Assembly: GCA_035945215.1 (NCBI GenBank)
Contig: DASZAJ010000002.1
Span: forward strand, 34,129-98,128
DNA: 64,000 nucleotides
DNA from: Thermoplasmata archaeon
GTDB taxonomy: Archaea; Thermoplasmatota; Thermoplasmata; Lutacidiplasmatales; UBA184
Direction of reading: 5' to 3'
Of the stretch, positions 28,344 to 38,023 are shown piece after piece. The stretch's first letter is position 1, and every line of letters begins with the position of its first letter. The notes under the pieces were generated by a model that was given only the letters and a program-made list of their open reading frames with translations, ran no database searches and was not told the DNA's origin. The position numbers and the translations under genes are program-made.

Positions 28344-28526
28344 CCGTCCACTCCGAGTTCGCGTCCCGACACGGGCTAGACCATGGAGACCATGCTGGAT
28401 TATCACTTCGCTGGCCGAGAGGCCGTGGGACGCGAAGGCGGCGCTCCGGGGCCTCGCCCTCCGATCGGCAGTCGACGAGCCGGGGCTCGCGATCCCCGCT
28501 CGGCCTGGCCTATCCGAGTCCCGACC

Positions 28527-29204
28527 TTAGGGCGCCCCGGGGCTGCCGGACGGTCCGTTGGGCTCCGCCGTCTCGGCCCGCTTCGCCTCGGCCTGGGCCT
28601 GCAGGACCTGGGCTTCCGCTTCCTTGGCGGCCGTCCGGTCCCGGCGACGCCGAGCGTCGACCAAGCGCTCGAACGCCGACAGCTCCACCTCCCCAGCCCG
28701 CAGCTGGGGATCGAGCCGTCGCTTGGCCGAGTAGTTCACGAGCGGTCCGGAGTGGAGGTTGGCGTTGCCGATCGCGGCGATGTCGCCATCCTTGGTCCGG
28801 ATCCATACACTTCGGATCGCGACCCGGACGATGGTGCCCCGGACCCCGCCGAAGGAGATCTCGTCCCCGACGCGGATCAGCCGATCGTTGAGCAACAAGA
28901 CCCCCGCGATCATGTCGGTCAAGGTGCTCTGGAGCGCAAGGGAAAGGGCCAGCCCGGCGATCCCGGAGATCGTCAGGATCGTGAACAAGGAGGCCAGCCC
29001 CGTGAAGACGACGACGAGGTAGGCGGCGAGGGCGATCCACAGGATCGTGAGCGCATCACTGATCCCGCGGACGGTCGTCGGCTGGGCCCTCGCCCGCCGC
29101 GCGACGGTCTGGATCAGGCTCCTCAGGAGGGCGAAGACCGCCCCGGAGCCGGCGACGATCGCGGCCGAACCCAGGATGTCGGTGAGCAGGAGGGAGAGTG
29201 CCAT
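28527..29204 (-). CDS. mscS: MscS-family mechanosensitive channel (short form)
   Basis: Three TM helices, ALSLALQSTLTDMIAGV, IRVGDEI and G.IVRVAIRSVWIRT.DG. Confidence 0.82.
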   Translation of the reverse strand: MALSLLLTDILGSAAIVAGSGAVFALLRSLIQTVARRARAQPTTVRGISDALTILWIALAAYLVVVFTGLASLFTILTISGIAGLALSLALQSTLTDMIAGVLLLNDRLIRVGDEISFGGVRGTIVRVAIRSVWIRTKDGDIAAIGNANLHSGPLVNYSAKRRLDPQLRAGEVELSAFERLVDARRRRDRTAAKEAEAQVLQAQAEAKRAETAEPNGPSGSPGAP

Positions 29205-29357
29205 GGGGGCCGCGCACCGTCCAGCCGACGGCACCGATAACGGGTGCGCTCGGGATCGTCGACCGGGGGCCCGGTCGGGAACTCCCGCCGTCGGGTTCTC
29301 CCGTCGACCGAGGGGGCGGCCGGGTTGGGCCCCCGACCGGACGGATCCCCGGCGGCC

Positions 29358-32273
29358 CTACGGGCGCTTCCGAGGCCCCCGATGGCGGCGGAGCACGACC
29401 CACCCGGCCGCCCCGGCCACCGCGATCGCGGCCGCGGCGACCCCCAGGTAGACGACCGGACCCCCCGACGCATTCGAGGCCCCGTTCGTCGACGGGGCGG
29501 CGACGACCAATACCGTCGTGGCGGAACGCACGCTGAATCCGTTGCCGTCCGTAACGAGGACGTAGACGGCATGGTGGCCCGGTTCGCCGAACTGACAGGT
29601 GGCGCTCGCCGCGTGTCCCTGGCAGCCCGAGCCGGCCCAGGCGAACGAGTAGCTGCCGTCCCCGCCGGACGCCACGACGTGGACGGACACGGGCGCCCCG
29701 GCCACGATCGGGGTCCCGTTCGTGGTGGGGGCGGTGACGGTCGGGTCCTTGAAGATCACGAGGGCGGTGGCGGGCGGGATCGCATCGCCCCCGCTCGCAT
29801 CGGTGACTTCGACCTGGATCGTCACAACGCCCGCAGAAGAGGGAACGCAACTGATGGCGGTGGCGGTGCTGGCGCCGGTACAGTTCGCCGGGAGGCCCGA
29901 CCAAGCCAGAACCGGGTTCCCATCGCCGCCAGTGACGGAGGTCGAGATCGCCAACGGCTGGCCGACATCGATCGCGCGCGGATTCACGTCGGGCGCGGCC
30001 GCGGCGAGCGCCGGGTAGACCACGAACGTCCGGTTCGGACTCTGGGCGGTCTCGCCAAAGCTATCGTTCGCGACCAGGGCGATCGAATACGTCCCGGAAG
30101 CGTCGAACCGGCAGGTCAGCGACAGTCCGGGGGCGGAGGGGCAGACCGTCGGCAGGCCGGTCCACGCCAGGTTCAGGAGGGTCCCCGATCCGCCGGTGAC
30201 GGTCGCATTGAATCGAACGGCCGCCCCCACATCCGTACTCGGGAGGCTCGCGGAGACGGCCCCTACGGTCAGGGGTCGAATGATGGTGTACGGGAGGATG
30301 GAGGAGGTCGAGGACCGGCCGTTGGAATCGGTAAACGAGTACGAAATCGACAACGTCGCCGGGACCGGGAAAACGCAGCGGGCGCGCGCCGTGGCGAGAC
30401 CGGAACACTGCGGGGCGGAGATCCCGTGCCAAACGTACCCCGAGTAGGCACCCGTCCCGCCCGCGGGGCGCGCGGCGAAGGTCACCGACCGGTTCGTGAC
30501 CGAGCTCGCGTTCGTCACGCCGGGCGCGGCCGTGACCACCGGCGCGTCCCCGTGAGGGTCGGCGAAGACGGTGAACGGGACCGAGTCGAGGAGCGTCGCG
30601 TTCGACTGGTCGGTCACATTGAAGCTCAAGACGAAGGCGCCGACCTGGATGGGCGTGCAGGTGAAGTTGAACGCCGCTGGCTCGTTCAACGGGTTCGGCG
30701 GGGTATAGTTCAGGCTGGACGGGCACCCGAGGCCGAGGGGGGGGCTGACGTTCCAGCTCACGTTCAGCCGACCGGCCCCGATCCCCCAGATCGCGCCGGT
30801 GACCGCCATGGAGGCCCCTAGATCCAGGGATTGGAGGGGGTTCCCCGGCGGAACGAACGCGATCGGACCGACCCCAAGCACCGTGGAGACGAAGCTCACC
30901 GTGTTCCCTACCTGGTTCGAGATGTACAGGTCGCCGAGGCCGCCGGCCCCGGCGCCGAACGTCGGGCCCCAGCCGACGGTGATGTTGCCGATCACTCGGG
31001 TCCCATGCAGGACGGACAGGGAACCGTTCGACGTTCCGCTGCCGAAATCGGTGACGTACATATCGGTGTTCGCCGGATCGTAGATCGCCTGTTCGGGCGA
31101 GGCCCCCACGGAGACGGACGTCTGCAGGGTCGTCCCCGCGATCACGCGCACGGTGTTGGCGGAATTGTCCGTCACGTAGACCCGGTCGGTCGCGGGATCG
31201 AAGGTGCAGGCGTTCGGGCCGCCGCTGTCGGAGATGTTGGTGACGTCGTGCGTCCCGTTAATGACCGTGATGCCCCCGGATCCGAGCGAATTCGGCTGGT
31301 AGACGAGGTCGCTGACCGGATTCAGGCAGGGTGCCGTAGGGCCCGATCCGACGACCAGGGTCGCCGCGATCCGCGTCCCGTTGATGACGGTGATATGACC
31401 GTTGCCGACGGCCGCGTTGCCGGAGACATACACGAGACCGTTCTCCGGGTCGAACAGGACCCAGCTCGGCTGGTTGCCCACGCTCAGGGTGGAGACGAGA
31501 CCGGTGCTGTTGAAAATGCTGACCGTGTTCGATCCGAAGTTGGCGATGTAGAGGTCCCCATTCCGAGGATCCACGACGAGGCTGTAGGGCTGGGAGCCGG
31601 TCTTGAGAGCGCCCACCACCTGGGTCCCGTTGATCACGCTGACGTTCCCGGAGCCCGTGTTCGCGACATAGGCCCAACCGCTCGAATCGTTGACCGCGAT
31701 GGCGGTCGGCGCGGAGCCGACGGTCACCGTGGCGATCACACGGATCCCCTGGATGACCGTCACCGTCTTTCCACTCTCGTCGGGCACGTACGTGTAGCCG
31801 TTGACTCCGTCAAAGGTCGGGGGTCCGGGGAAGGCAATGCCTTTCGACGGGGTCCCAAGAACCGTGCCCACCTCGGGGCGGATGGCGGGCCCATTGCCGC
31901 CGTTCGTCCCGAGCCGACCGCCCAGGACCGAGGGACAAGATGCCGGTCCCGGCGGCGGGGCCCAGAGGCGACATGGACCCGCGGCGGTCGACGCCCCCGA
32001 AAACTCCCAAGCGGGATTCCCCGCTCCCGTTCGGTCGGGGCTCTCCGTTCGCCCGACGCCCGCGGCCGCGACGTCGGGATGCGACATGGAGGAGGGACGC
32101 CCGGGTCCCGCAGCCATATCGGACGGTGTCATCGGCCCACGTCGGGCGTTCGGCGCGTTCCCAAGGACGGTGGGAATCGCGACCAGGAGCGTGAGGGCCA
32201 TAACCACGATCCCGAGCGAAGGGGCTCGATCGGGCCGGCCAAATCCGGAGAGTATCCTGGTCATGATCATCAT
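29358..32273 (-). CDS. Surface protein: 8 YVTN repeats, Cys-pair PKD-like repeats, C-terminal TM anchor
   Basis: GxxP...DPxNGxxY repeats; DVG...W.GLP..C....C repeats; TM followed by RRHR. Confidence 0.9.
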   Translation of the reverse strand: MMIMTRILSGFGRPDRAPSLGIVVMALTLLVAIPTVLGNAPNARRGPMTPSDMAAGPGRPSSMSHPDVAAAGVGRTESPDRTGAGNPAWEFSGASTAAGPCRLWAPPPGPASCPSVLGGRLGTNGGNGPAIRPEVGTVLGTPSKGIAFPGPPTFDGVNGYTYVPDESGKTVTVIQGIRVIATVTVGSAPTAIAVNDSSGWAYVANTGSGNVSVINGTQVVGALKTGSQPYSLVVDPRNGDLYIANFGSNTVSIFNSTGLVSTLSVGNQPSWVLFDPENGLVYVSGNAAVGNGHITVINGTRIAATLVVGSGPTAPCLNPVSDLVYQPNSLGSGGITVINGTHDVTNISDSGGPNACTFDPATDRVYVTDNSANTVRVIAGTTLQTSVSVGASPEQAIYDPANTDMYVTDFGSGTSNGSLSVLHGTRVIGNITVGWGPTFGAGAGGLGDLYISNQVGNTVSFVSTVLGVGPIAFVPPGNPLQSLDLGASMAVTGAIWGIGAGRLNVSWNVSPPLGLGCPSSLNYTPPNPLNEPAAFNFTCTPIQVGAFVLSFNVTDQSNATLLDSVPFTVFADPHGDAPVVTAAPGVTNASSVTNRSVTFAARPAGGTGAYSGYVWHGISAPQCSGLATARARCVFPVPATLSISYSFTDSNGRSSTSSILPYTIIRPLTVGAVSASLPSTDVGAAVRFNATVTGGSGTLLNLAWTGLPTVCPSAPGLSLTCRFDASGTYSIALVANDSFGETAQSPNRTFVVYPALAAAAPDVNPRAIDVGQPLAISTSVTGGDGNPVLAWSGLPANCTGASTATAISCVPSSAGVVTIQVEVTDASGGDAIPPATALVIFKDPTVTAPTTNGTPIVAGAPVSVHVVASGGDGSYSFAWAGSGCQGHAASATCQFGEPGHHAVYVLVTDGNGFSVRSATTVLVVAAPSTNGASNASGGPVVYLGVAAAAIAVAGAAGWVVLRRHRGPRKRP

Positions 32274-32739
32274 TCGTTGACGTCCCGACCGGTTTCGGCG
32301 GCGGAATCCGGCGACCCCCCTCTTAAGGAATGAGGGAATTTACTGCGACGATCTGGTGCCGGAACCCCGAACCGTGGATCCTTGGTTGAAGAATGGCTCC
32401 GCGCGTCCGGGAACCGGCGCCCGGTTCCGCGAGAACCCCCCTACTTACCCGGCGCGACCCGAGCCCACCGCGCCGGGCCCGAACTTCGAACGTCAGCTGT
32501 CCGGTGACGTCGCGGAGGGCGAGCGATCGGTCGCAGCGCATGCCGCCGTCCCCCGACGTCGGCGCGTCGTAGGATACCAAGATAAGGTCGCAGGGTCATC
32601 GAACTGCCGACGGCTTGCTCGGGGAATGGTAGGATTTGGTTTCGCCCCGCCGATTCGTCGACCCCGCAAGAGAAGCTGTCCGGTCCCCCCCGGTCGGGCT
32701 GACGGAATCGCCCGACCCGCGCGTCCAGGAGTCTGATCC

Positions 32740-33543
32740 TTGGACAACTGGGCCCTCGCGATCGGGTTGGTCTCGCTTTCGGTGTCGCCGGTTTATGGCT
32801 ATGTGGGCAACCGATTGCGACTGCGGCCCGTACCCGCTCACGCCCAACTGGCTTCGGCCCAGTTCACCGCCTGGTGGTGGGGTCTGGGAGCCTCGACCGC
32901 GGTCAGCGGGGTCGAAGGAATCCTCTGGTCGTTCCACGCCTTGAGCCTGCCGCTCGCCGTGACGTTCCTGACCTTCTCGGGGATCCTCGACTGCGTGTTC
33001 CTTTGGGGACTCTTGGGGTATCTGACGTACCTGTACACCGGCCGGAATCTCCTCCTCGAGTGGAGTGTGTTCTACTCGATCTTCTTCCTCGCCTTCGTCT
33101 ACTACGTGAACGCCGTCGATCCGATCGGCGTGGCCGCCAAGAACGGGATCCCCTCCGTCACGTTCGCGGTCAGCCCGTTCAACGCCGGTCCTGTCGTGAT
33201 CTTCGTGGTCATCGGCCTCGTCGTCCCCGAGCTCGCCGGGATCGTCCTGTACTTTTCGCTCATTCGCCGGACCTCGGATCGGACGCTGCGCTACCGGATC
33301 GCGCTGGTCACGCTCTCGCTCGCGGTCTTCTTTGGCATCTCCTTCTATACCCCGCCCGGGAATCTGATCTCCCCCCTCGCCTGGAACCTCGCCCGAGCCT
33401 TGATCGAGGCGGGATCGTCCCTGATCTGCCTGATCGCCTACCTCCCCCCGGCCGGGGTGCGGCGATGGTTGCGGATCGACCCGATCGCCGGCCCGGAAGG
33501 CGCGTCGGGCAAAACAAGGCAGGCTCCGCGAGCGGCCGGGTAG
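32740..33543 (+). CDS. Stand-alone 7-TM membrane protein
   Basis: Seven hydrophobic segments, no soluble output domain and no Lys in helix 7. Confidence 0.8.
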   Translation: MDNWALAIGLVSLSVSPVYGYVGNRLRLRPVPAHAQLASAQFTAWWWGLGASTAVSGVEGILWSFHALSLPLAVTFLTFSGILDCVFLWGLLGYLTYLYTGRNLLLEWSVFYSIFFLAFVYYVNAVDPIGVAAKNGIPSVTFAVSPFNAGPVVIFVVIGLVVPELAGIVLYFSLIRRTSDRTLRYRIALVTLSLAVFFGISFYTPPGNLISPLAWNLARALIEAGSSLICLIAYLPPAGVRRWLRIDPIAGPEGASGKTRQAPRAAG

Positions 33544-33631
33544 GCCCACCTCGGCGGGTCGCGTCGTCGAACTTTTCCAGTCCTCTCCCCCCAAAGGTTG
33601 TATGAGGCCCCCCGGCGCTCTCCCTCGTCCC

Positions 33632-34339
33632 ATGGCACCCTTCACGGTGCGCGAGCTCGGCCCGGAGACCTGGCCGGACTTCGTCCGGATCATCGAGAAG
33701 CACCACGGCGTCTGGGGGGGCTGCTGGTGCCTTACCTTCCACCTTCCGCCGGGCCACCCGGTGCGCGATATCCCGCAACGAAGAGCCCTGAAGGAGGATC
33801 TCGTTCGAACCCACCGGGCCCACGCGGCCCTCGTCTATGATGGGGCCGATATCGTCGGATGGTGTCAGTTCGGACCCCCGGCCGAACTTCCCGGCCGGGC
33901 TACCGCCTACGGGCGATTGGGCATCGCTCCGCCGGATTGGCGGCTCCCCTGCTTCTTCGTCGATCGAGGTCGTCGGGGGGAAGGCGTGGCCCGGAAGGCG
34001 CTCGAGGCCGCTCTCTGGATCATCGCCGCGCGCGGAGGGGGTATCGTGGACGGCTACCCCCAGGACCTGGACGGGCGGCGAACCTCCAATTCATTCCTAT
34101 GGGGCGGGACCGCCTCGATGTTTCAGGCCGCCGGATTCTCGCGCGTCGCCCAACTCGGTCCAACCAAGTGGATCGTCCGATGCCGGATCCGACCGCGGGG
34201 TCGCGATCCTCCCCGAGGGTCCATCGGATCCGGGGTGGTCGTCCGGGGGAGATCGCGTCCCCGACAGCCACGCGCCGTTCGGCCGGGTCGATCGGTTCGG
34301 ACCGGCCCCCGCCGATGGGGATCGTTGAGGCTTAGTTAG
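33632..34339 (+). CDS. GNAT-family acetyltransferase
   Basis: WGGCWC, VGWCQFGP, CFFV...RGEGVARKAL and FQAAGF. Confidence 0.85.
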   Translation: MAPFTVRELGPETWPDFVRIIEKHHGVWGGCWCLTFHLPPGHPVRDIPQRRALKEDLVRTHRAHAALVYDGADIVGWCQFGPPAELPGRATAYGRLGIAPPDWRLPCFFVDRGRRGEGVARKALEAALWIIAARGGGIVDGYPQDLDGRRTSNSFLWGGTASMFQAAGFSRVAQLGPTKWIVRCRIRPRGRDPPRGSIGSGVVVRGRSRPRQPRAVRPGRSVRTGPRRWGSLRLS

Positions 34340-34676
34340 GCCGCTACGCCTGCGGGCCCGCCGGCGATCCTCGCACCAGTTGCGAGGATCCCGGACCGCT
34401 TTCGGGCCGCTCGGGCGCAAATCGGTCGAACCCGGAGGGGCGGAACGGCGCATGAGCCACCTTCGCGGGAGGGAGCCGTCTCTGTCGGCCCAAGGTCGAT
34501 TGGGCGCATTTTACCGGCGGCCTCGCGTTGCGCAGACCGTGGGGTTTTCCTAACGCGCAGCCGGGAAGGGAGCGTCCGGTCGATCGACGCGTTGGTTTCG
34601 CGGGGAGCGCTCGGTCCCCGAGGACCTAGAGAAGCTTCGAGGCGACGACTATCTAATCGTAGTCCATCGGTCGTTC

Positions 34677-35450
34677 ATGCCCGACCGGAAACCGGAGTCG
34701 AACGAAGAACGGGACGGCGCCGAGATACCGACGGATCTGCTGGAGAGTATCTCCGAGAAGGACTCGAACCAGGGTAGTCCGTTGGGCCGGCGGACCTACC
34801 AGCCTGTGAAAGGATCCTCGGCGACCGTGGCCGGGCCGACCAAGTCGACCTCCCTGCCCACCGCCCCTGGCAAGGCTCCGAAGTGGGAGCAGAGCGTTTC
34901 GTTCGAAACGGGCGACCCGGACCGACCGTACGTGCTCGGCAAAGTTTGGAACAAGGTACTCAGCGTTGCGGCCATCGCCTTATCGGTCGCGGCAATCGCG
35001 GCGGCGCTGGCGATCCCCGGACCGGTCGGGCCGCCCGGCCTCCACGGCGCGACGGGAGCCACCGGCGGAGTCGGACCTATCGGGCCGACGGGCGCGATCG
35101 GGGCCAACGGTTCCGCGGGGGGAGCGGGACCCGCCGGTCCCCCCGGTCCGGCCGGCACTCCGGCGACGGTGTTGTGGGCGGCCGTCGATTCGAACGGAAC
35201 TTTGTACCACGGGAGCGGGGTTACCTCGGTCCAAGGGAGCTCGACCGCGCCCGGAAATTACACCGTGACCTTCAATCGAGCCGTTGCGGCCTGCAGCCTC
35301 GAGGTGACTGCCGGGTCGTGGCCCGGTTCGGGACCCCGCGCGGTGACTCCGGTCACGCTCGAAGTCGCGGGAAGCCCTGACGCGGTGGCGGTTCTCACGA
35401 ATCCGGGAGCTCCCGCCCCTGGGTCGTTCTATCTCGACGTATTCTGTTAG
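34677..35450 (+). CDS. Membrane-anchored collagen-like protein
   Basis: TM segment VLSVAAIALSVAAIAAALAI, then 16 Gly-X-Y triplets (GPVGPP...GPAGTP), then a small beta-rich C-terminal domain. Confidence 0.78.
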   Translation: MPDRKPESNEERDGAEIPTDLLESISEKDSNQGSPLGRRTYQPVKGSSATVAGPTKSTSLPTAPGKAPKWEQSVSFETGDPDRPYVLGKVWNKVLSVAAIALSVAAIAAALAIPGPVGPPGLHGATGATGGVGPIGPTGAIGANGSAGGAGPAGPPGPAGTPATVLWAAVDSNGTLYHGSGVTSVQGSSTAPGNYTVTFNRAVAACSLEVTAGSWPGSGPRAVTPVTLEVAGSPDAVAVLTNPGAPAPGSFYLDVFC

Positions 35451-35645
35451 GGGAGGATGCGATCCGGGATCAGCGTCGTCGGTTCGTCGACCAGGGGGCT
35501 ACCTCCGTCTCCCGCGAAGACCCCCGGGTGACGCGGCTCCATTCTCGACGGGATGGGGGCTTGATCCGCGCGCCGCCGGGTCGGTCCAAAGGTGATCGAA
35601 CGTACTGGGGGATCGGCTGGCCGGACAAGCCGTCCGGGGACGATT

Positions 35646-36050
35646 CTATGGATGCACCACGAACCCAGCTTGCCGAAAGTCATCATCGAAAGCAAAGGCG
35701 TCATCGATTCCGATCGAATGCATGATGACGAAGCTGGCGCAGTCCGTTACGCTCCACCTCTTGTCCTTGTGCGAGGTCATTAGATCGATCGCGTCGCGGT
35801 GATGTACACGCTCTACCCAGAACAGCTCGACGCCCGTCCCCTGGCTGATCCCATCTGAGAAAGCGACGGCAGGGCCCAATCCCAACCGCCGCCGGATCAC
35901 GGTCACCGCTTCAGCCAGAACGTAGTTCGTAGTCGCCTGCTTGCCGAAATCGCCGCGACCGATGCGATGTTGGAACTCGACGGCCTCCGAATGATCGCGG
36001 TCGTGGGAATCGGCTAGGGCGAGCCACGCACTCGTGTCAACGAAGATCAT
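35646..36050 (-). CDS. vapC: PIN-domain toxin
   Basis: FVDTSAW, VLAE, TDC.SF and FDDDF acidic tetrad. Confidence 0.9.
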   Translation of the reverse strand: MIFVDTSAWLALADSHDRDHSEAVEFQHRIGRGDFGKQATTNYVLAEAVTVIRRRLGLGPAVAFSDGISQGTGVELFWVERVHHRDAIDLMTSHKDKRWSVTDCASFVIMHSIGIDDAFAFDDDFRQAGFVVHP

Positions 36051-36286
36051 CGCGCCGGGCCGTAGAGTTCATCATCATGGTCTCGAGACGCGCGGTGTCC
36101 CTTCCGACCGCTCGCCCCGAGGGGAAAAATGTGAAAGATGGGGTCCTTCGGGTCGACCTTGTCGTCGTTGAGGTAGGCGTGCAGAGCCTTGCGCACCACC
36201 TCTTTCATCGACTCGCCTGAGGTCGCGGCCCTCTGTCTTAGCAGCCGATACTCCGACTCGGGAATCTGGGCCTGGACCAAGGTCAT
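36047..36286 (-). CDS. vapB: RHH/CopG-type antitoxin
   Basis: VQAQIPESEYRLLRQRA...SMKEVVRKAL; overlaps the vapC start by 4 nt. Confidence 0.82.
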   Translation of the reverse strand: MTLVQAQIPESEYRLLRQRAATSGESMKEVVRKALHAYLNDDKVDPKDPIFHIFPLGASGRKGHRASRDHDDELYGPAR

Positions 36287-36310
36287 ACGACATTGAACAT
36301 CCTACATACG

Positions 36311-36317
36311 ATATAAA
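36311..36317 (-). promoter_or_regulatory. TATA box of the vapBC operon (probably leaderless transcript)
   Basis: TTTATAT on the minus strand, 25 nt before ATG 36286. Confidence 0.6.
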
Positions 36318-36705
36318 CTATGCCGACCACCTCGATGGATCCAACGAACCGCACGAGGGTTTCCCGCACTGATCGACAATCTGCGGCCCTGGAGGAGCCC
36401 GGCTCCCACTGTTGGGTTCGCCTTCACTCTCGACGAAGGTTGAGCAAGGCCACCCCGCCTCGAGAAAGGGAAGGCCCCCCGCGGTCGGAGAGCGAGCTCA
36501 CTTCTCCCCCATTAGCACTTAGGGGGCATAAGTCGAAGCACGGCCCTTTGAATGATGCTCAAGGGGTAGGCACTCACCCTAGGGACTAGAACCTGAAGCA
36601 CCCTAGAGTCAAGCCGTCGAGGGCGATCTGCAAGCTCTCCTCAAGTCGGGAGGGATGCGCGATCCCTCTGCGCTTTGGCAGGGTGCAAGGGATATTGGAC
36701 CGACG

Positions 36706-37854
36706 TCAGGCGCTGCCCATGGGGGCGGCGCGTCGAATCGGGGGCGGGGCGACGGCCGTGCCCTCCTGGCCCGCAGCCTGGGCGGACGGCGAATGGGACG
36801 ACGGAGATGGGATCGACAAGGCGGGGGTCGTCCCCGCCCCGTGCGTGAACGGGCGATCGTAGCGATGGTCCGTCAGGACCTCCAAGCCGTCCAAAGGCTG
36901 TCGCACGACGACGATCTCGGAGAGCCAATCTTGCAGGGCCGGCAGGACGGGGGTCGTGGTGCGATGGTCGCGACCGCTGCGCCCCCCGCCCCCGGAGAGA
37001 TGGGCCATGAAGACCGAGCGGTCGTCAGTGACGAACAAGAACGGGCGAAGGCCGCAATCGCCGAGCGCGGTGTGAAAGAGTCCCTCCGGTCGACGACCGG
37101 ACCGCAGGGCCCCGTGCAGGAAGGTGACCTGCGGGGGGAACCCACCCACCCAGCGGACGACGGCGGCCGGGTTGAGGAACGTTCGAGGCTGGACGATCCC
37201 GTCCCGGAGTATTCGCCGTTCGAACCTCCCGAAGTGAGCCCGCGCGCCGCCACCGCCGCTTGGATTGACGCCCTTCGGGCCGGTGGTCGCCCCGAGAAGT
37301 CCGATAGCCGCCTCCAGCTCCGCAGGGGAAAGGGCGCCGCCGCTGGAGCCCCGGGGGGAGGCCGGTATCGGTTGGGGATAGGCGAGGTCGCCTTCAATTC
37401 CGACGGCGCGAGCCCACGCGGCCTCGAAGTCGAAGAACACGGGAACCGCCGGCTGCCGGGTGTCGACGGCAACGACCAGGTCGGATCGGTGGCGGGGCGG
37501 CGCGACGATCTCTCGGGCGAGGGCCCGCATCGGGGCCCCCGGTTTCGAGGCGAAAACCCCGAACACGGCCTCGGCGCTCGCCCAGAGCAAGAGGTTCTCG
37601 GGTCGGTCCCTCCACCGGTGGACTGTGGCCCAAACGGATTCCAGAAAGGGTTGGGCGATCGCGAAGGTCAAGATCGGCCGCCCGAGCGCGGCGAAGTCGG
37701 GAACGTAGCGATCGACCAGCCAGTTCCTTTCGTAGGTTCTTCGTCGAACCGTCCCGCGAGTCCGTCGGGGGAGTTCTCGAGTCGCCGTTCGAAGCTCGGC
37801 GCCCGCGAGGATCGCCCGGACGACCGCCCCTTCCGCATCGCTGACGCTCCTCAT
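36706..37854 (-). CDS. Hypothetical protein with two Lrp/AsnC-reminiscent halves
   Basis: RYVPDFAALGRPILTFAIA and RILRDGIVQPRTFLNPAAV resemble Lrp linker segments; the resemblance is weak. Confidence 0.55.
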   Translation of the reverse strand: MRSVSDAEGAVVRAILAGAELRTATRELPRRTRGTVRRRTYERNWLVDRYVPDFAALGRPILTFAIAQPFLESVWATVHRWRDRPENLLLWASAEAVFGVFASKPGAPMRALAREIVAPPRHRSDLVVAVDTRQPAVPVFFDFEAAWARAVGIEGDLAYPQPIPASPRGSSGGALSPAELEAAIGLLGATTGPKGVNPSGGGGARAHFGRFERRILRDGIVQPRTFLNPAAVVRWVGGFPPQVTFLHGALRSGRRPEGLFHTALGDCGLRPFLFVTDDRSVFMAHLSGGGGRSGRDHRTTTPVLPALQDWLSEIVVVRQPLDGLEVLTDHRYDRPFTHGAGTTPALSIPSPSSHSPSAQAAGQEGTAVAPPPIRRAAPMGSA

Positions 37855-38023
37855 CGCCGGTGCGCCCTCCGAGAACTGCCGCAGACCGCTGATTCGGGGT
37901 TCCGACGGGAGCGGGGCCGATAGATGGGTGGCGAGTCGGGGCCCCTGGGGGGCTGAGCGGGCCGATCGTGGGGTCGCCGTACCGTTCGGGCCGGGGCAGC
38001 CCCTCCGAGGCGGTTCGCAGGCA

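Noticed and set aside
32740-33543. 7TM proteins as microbial rhodopsins (also 12595-13281)
   Set aside because: Neither has the retinal-binding Lys in helix 7 or recognisable helix-3 motifs.
36512-36538. CIRCE-like element (ttagcactt...)
   Set aside because: Only the left arm resembles TTAGCACTC. The right arm matches poorly and no chaperone gene is adjacent.
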